Assembly: GCA_019242175.1 (NCBI GenBank) | Contig: JAFAVZ010000238.1 | Location: 1-44,634 of the forward strand | Origin: Acidobacteriota bacterium | GTDB taxonomy: Bacteria > Acidobacteriota > Thermoanaerobaculia > Gp7-AA8 | DNA: 44,634 bases | Direction of reading: 5' to 3' | In this document: piece by piece, positions 30,701-36,700 of the stretch | How the letters are laid out: each line of letters opens with the position of its first letter | Position numbering within the stretch: position 1 is the first letter of the stretch | Position numbers and translations under genes: made by a program | The notes under the pieces: generated by a model | What the model was told of the DNA's origin: nothing | Databases searched by the model: none | Seen by the model: the letters and a program-made list of their open reading frames with translations, nothing else

Positions 30701-33700
30701 TTTACACGCGCACGCCTGTGCAGACCGGCGCGAGCGTGCCCGCGCCGATCAACTACGGCCTCGTCGCCGCACGCGACTACGGTCTGCTCGTGCTCAAGCT
30801 CGATGCGAACGGGAAGCTGACGAACGACTCGCTCGTCGACGTGGTGTGGACGCCGGCCGGCGCGTACTCAGTCCGCGTGATCCCCGGCGCCGAGCTTGCG
30901 AGCGTCGTCGACGGTGCGGGCCGCATCCTTCTCATCGACCTCGGGCACATCGACGAAAGCGCGAAAGTCTCGACGCTCTCCGCGTGCGCCGACATCACGT
31001 GTCAGGGCGAGCTTTTCCCGAGCGCGATGGGCTCGCTGCAAGGCGCGCCGGCGGCGCCGGTACCGGGCCAGTATTGGGTGGAAGTGGGCAAGAACGACCC
31101 GCGCATCCTCTGGCAGTCGAAGTTCGATCCGAACGATCCGAACACGTCGACGCTCGCACCGATCATCGATCCCGAGACGGGCATCCTTTACCAGGCGAAC
31201 ATCGACAGCAAGACGGTGAAGATCGTCGCCGCCTCCGATCCACGCATCCGCATCGTCTCCGACCTCGGCAAGCAGAAGCTCGAAGAGGTGGGCGGCATCA
31301 CGCCGCTCGGCATCACGCCGCAGGCCGGCCTCGTGAACTGCAGCAGCGCGACGTGCACCGGCTCGGCCGCGGCGTTCCGCATCGAAGTGAGCCTGCCCGG
31401 CTCGATGGCCGAGTCTCTCGGCGCGGCGAACAACACGCTGCGCCTCGCCGTGGAAAGTGAAGTCGTGCCCGGCTCCGCGTCGCTGCAGATGCCCGACCCG
31501 CTGCCGCGGGCCCACCTGCGCCAACGCTCGCGCGCCGCGATCGTCGACCCCCGCGCGCCATCGGAGTTCAAGCTCACCCGCCTGATCCCCGAGGTCTCCG
31601 ATCCCGACGTTCAGAAACTACGCTTCCAACGCGCGTGGAACCGCTTCATCTCGCCGTGGATCGTGGCCGTTGCCGACCCCCGCGCGAGCGAGAAGTGGAC
31701 CTGGCCCGCGAACACGACGACGCAGAACAAAGAGGACGCCGGCTGCCACGCCTGCGAGCGTCCCTCGAACCTGAAGAACAAGCCCGAACCCGACGTGTTC
31801 GAGCTCTACACCGCCGGCCGCTTCATCGACGTCCGCCCCGAGTACACGTCCGCCGGCACGACCGACTTCGGCCCCGAGGACCCCGGATCTGCCACGCAGA
31901 CCGGCTATGCATACCTCGGCTCGTTCGGCCGCCTGGAGAAACGCATCCCGACGATCATGGCCGACACGATCCGCCCGACACCGATCGCAGTGGCGGGACA
32001 GGCGCCGCCAGTGGCGAACGGTCGTCTGCTGGAGACCACATACCTTCATAGCGGCGAGGTCGAGACCTCGACGTTCGACCTGCTCGCGGCGGGCCGTGCG
32101 GGGATCGACGTTGCGGTCGATCGCACCTACCGCTCGCGGACGATGGGAGCGTCGGCGTTCGGCTTCGGCTGGGAGTCGATCCTGACCGAACGTCTGCGCC
32201 TGATGCCGGACGCGAACGTGGAGTATCGCGACGCGGCGGGAGAGGTGTGGACGTTCAAGCCGCTGACGAATGGCGCTACGCCGTCGGCGCCGGGCGAGCC
32301 GGTGATCTTCGTCGACTACCAGTCGCCGGCGGGCCTGTTCCTCAAGCTCAGCCGCATCGAACGAGGCTGGCGTCTGCAGGATCAGCGCTACCGCTGCACG
32401 TACTTCGACGAGTACGGGCGCCTCGTCGCGCGCTCGGACCAGTTCGCCGATCCGCTCAAGGTGATGAGCGGCAACGACAAGGGCAACGTCGTTTACTACT
32501 TGTATGCGCCGGACGGACGCCTGGCGAAGATTGTCGATCCGGTCAATCGCACGACGAACATCACCTGGTACTCGGATGCCGACACGAACGTCACCGGCAA
32601 CTACCCGGGCCTCTTGAAAGAGATCGTGGACTGGCGCGGTCGGAAAGTGACGTACCGATACGACGCGTCGGGCCGGCTGGTGACGGTGCTCTTGCCGGAA
32701 GCGGCGAAGGCGCAAGACGCGCCGAATGCATACGACCTCACGGGCAGCAAGCGGCCGTTCGTCACGTACGGTTACCAGGGTCCGTTCACGGCGTACAACG
32801 ACGTGGTCGAGCTGTCCGGCAATCTGACGACGACCACCGATCCGGCGGAGAACGCTGGTGCAAACGGCGGCGTTGCCCGCGTCGAGTTCGCGTACGGCCT
32901 GCCGAACGACGCCAACCTTCATCGCGACCGGGTCGAGACGCAGATCTGGCCGTGCGCGAGCTACACGACGAGTTGTGCCGCGAAGTCGGCGACGTTCGCG
33001 TACGCCGACAGCACCCCGCACGCGACGGTCGTCGACATCCTCGGCCAGAAGCGCACATACGAGCTGGAGACGTCGGCCGACCAGCACAAGCACGTCGCGA
33101 AGATGCAGGAAGTGGACGTGCCGGTCCTGGAAGTGGCGACGATCCCGGCGGCGGCGCCGGTGACGATGGCGTCGTCGCCGAAGACGCGGGAGACGGTCTA
33201 TCACTACACGGGACAAGGGGTGCCGGACCGAGTCATCACGCAGAACCTGCGAACGCTGTTCACGGTCGTGCCGGCGGTGGCGGGCTCGACGCGCATCCCG
33301 GGCGAGATCATCACCGAGGTGCGGCGCGAGGACCGGGTGGGGCAGGTGGGCAACAGGCCCTCGAACGTGCTCGTCACGAAGATCGACTTCGATAATGCGG
33401 CAGGCGCCGATCCGCTCCGGACAGCGACGCCGATCGCGGTGAGCAAGCAGGCGGATGGCGGAGCGTTGGTCAAACGCGAGGTGCCGTCGCCCAGCAGCGG
33501 CTCGGGCAAAACGGTGGAGATGACCGACGGCGAAGTGAAGACGAAGCTGGAGTACGACGACCTCGGGCAGCTCGCCAGGCAGAGCCGCCTGGCCACGGGC
33601 GGCAGTGAGGATCCGTCGTTCGAAGTGAAGCCTACGTTCTACCCGGCCGCATATCAGGATGCGACGAACAAGCATCTCGCCCGCGGCCGCCTGCAGGACG

Positions 33701-36700
33701 TCGATCGCAGCGGACGCAAGACGCATTACGACTACAAGCTCACGTCGGACGGCGGGGAGATCGTGGTCGAGCATGACCTCGATCGCCTCGTCGATACGAC
33801 GACGCGGAGCGACGCGGCAGGCCGCGTGATCAGCGTCAAGGTCGCGCGCGAGCAAGCGGTGTTGACCAACGAGACGTTCGGCTACGACGCGAGCGGCCAT
33901 CTGCGCTTCCATCGCCGCATCCAGAGTGGTCTCGACAACCCGAACGTCGACACGACGGCGAAGTACGACGCGCTCGGCCGCGCGATCGAGACGACGACCA
34001 CGAACGCGATAGTGGCCGGCACGGCGCAGAGCCTGACGGTGCGCTGGACGTACGACCTGTCGGAGCGCAGGACCACGACGACGGATCCGCAGGTCGGCAC
34101 GGCCGCGGGTGTCGTGACGGAGACGACCATGGACGCCCTCGGCCGCGTGACGTCGATCGAACGTCACGATGCCGGCAACACGATGAAGGTCGCTTCGTCG
34201 ACGGCCTACGACTACGACGGGAACCCGGCGTTCGAGACCGACGGGGTGCGCACCTCGACGTTGCGCACGTACGACTCATTCGGCCGCACGACCTCGGTCC
34301 TGCAGTCGGATGGGACGTTGGCGACGGTGTCGCTCGATGCATGGGACCAGCCGGTCGAGACGACGACGTACGCGAAGAAGACGGGACCGACACGCGCGGT
34401 GACGTCGCGCCAGACGTTCTCCTACACGAACGCGGGGCGGACGAAGGGGAGCAACGCGCAGGTCGATGCGGAGCGCTTCTTCGCCATGCGCGAGGAGCTG
34501 AAGAACGGGGGAGCCGTGACGCTGACGGCGACCGCGGAGGTAGCCGGCGCCGGCGCCGACATCACCGAGGCGGATGTGACGCGGGTAATGAAGGTGACGC
34601 GCGACAAGGCGGGCCGGGTGATCGAGACGCTCGCCGGCGAAGGAAGCGGCGTCGGCGATCCGTCCACCCCGCCCGCCGGCTCGGGCAATCAGCCGGCGCA
34701 GAGCCGCGTGTTCCGGAAGGAGACGTTCTCGGGCTGGGACGGCGACCTGCCGTCGACGACTTTGGTCGAAGAGCCGCGCGCGGCGACGGCGAAGTACACG
34801 TCGATGACGAACTACGACGCGCTGGGCCGCGCGGTGGACGTGGTCGATGCGGGCAACGCGCAGACGCACATGGATCTCGACGAGGCGGGCAACGTCCGCG
34901 CGGTGCGTCCGCCGGGCTTCACCTCGTCGATGACATCGCAGTACGACGGCCGCGGCCTGGCGGTGTCGGTGACGCATCCGGACAACCGCACGGTCGACTA
35001 CACGTTCGATGCGCTCGGCAACCCGAAGTCGCGAACCGACGAGGCAGAGAAGACGACGACCTACGGCACCGATCCGCTGGGCCGCACCAACGACGTGGCG
35101 TATCCGGACGCGACGGGCACGAAGACGGTGTATGAGAACACCACGGGGCTCGTGGCGGCGACGAAGGACCGTGCGGGCCTGTGGCTCTCGTACTACTACG
35201 ACGCCGCCGGCCGGGTGACGGACATCTACGAGGATGCCACTCCGCGGAGCGCGAACCCGAGCACGACCCCGGCCGAAGGCACGACGCGCGTCCTGCATTA
35301 TGACTACGACGAAGCGGGTCGTCTGCATCGCGCTGCGAACAAAAGCGCAGCGTGCGAGTACGAGGACTACGACCTCTACGGGCGCCCGCGCCGCACGCGT
35401 TCGGTGCGCTACGCGAACGAAAGCGGCCTCGACGCGAGCCCGAAGGTGGCAGACGTCCACACGCAGGAGCACTACTGGTCGGTGTACGGCGCGGAGCGCC
35501 TGCGTTGGCGGATGCCGGCGGCAGGACAGACGGTGCCGGCGACGGATCCGGACTCGTCCTGGCGCGGCTGGATCACCGAGGAGCATGATGCGGGCGGGAA
35601 CAACTCGCGGCTCGGCACGGCGAAGTCGGCCGGCGGTGCGAGCCCGAACGTGGCGGCGATCCTCGAGAGTAACGCGCGCGGCTTCGGGCGCCCCGCGTCG
35701 CGCACGCGAACGCTGACGCCGCCGTACACGCTGCTGACCGACTACGGCTACGCAGATCCGGGCACGGACTCGGGCACGACGCCGCGGAACGGGATGCCGA
35801 ACAAGGTCGGCTACTGGTTCGGAGACTACGCGATGGGCGGGACGAAGCTCGAGCGCGACTCGGCGCTGCGTGCGCACGTAGCGACGGACATCGGGCTGCA
35901 GGACCGCAACTCGACGTGGAACTACGACACGCGGGGGCGTCTGCGCGAGGCGTCGCTCGTCGCCGCGAAGGAGCACGCGACGACAGTGACGGAAGGCCGC
36001 ACGGTTGCGGACTTCCGTACGCGCAGCGTCAACACGGACGACACCATCCACGACGCGCTGGGCAGCCAGGCGAAGACGGTGGAGCCGCAGAGCTGGACGG
36101 CCGAGCAGGATGCCGTGCACGCGATGATCGAGCGGACTGTGGGGGAGGACGGGGCGCGGACGTACGACGTCGAGTCGGGCCGCCGCAAGAGCGATTCGGT
36201 CTGGACGTACAGCTACGACGAGCTCCAGCGCGTGACGCGGATGGTGCGCAAGGTCGGCCCGCAAACGACGGCGAGCCAGGCCCGGCGCATCGACTTCGAA
36301 TACGACCCGAACGGCCGAGTGGTCGGCCGCCGTGCTTGCAGCAATACGGACAACGAGACCTGCGTGCTCGACACCACGCACGAGACGGCAGACGGACTGC
36401 CGGCCGATGTGACGTTCGTATGGGATCCGATCACGGACCGCCTGGTGTCGATCTTCCGCGCCGGCCTGAGCCAGCCGCCGGATGGATCGCCGTCGGGCAC
36501 GGAGGTCGAGGCGACGGCGGGCCTGCTCCGCCAGTACGTGCACGGGGACCGTGCGATGGACGACCCGGTGGAAGTGCTCGTCGCGGACGGCGGAAGCGTC
36601 AAACGCTACTTGTCGCTCTCGGACGAAGCGGCGACCGGCTCGCTGCAAACGGTGGTGAACGGCTCGGACGGAACGATCGTGGAGCGGGTGCTCTACGCCG

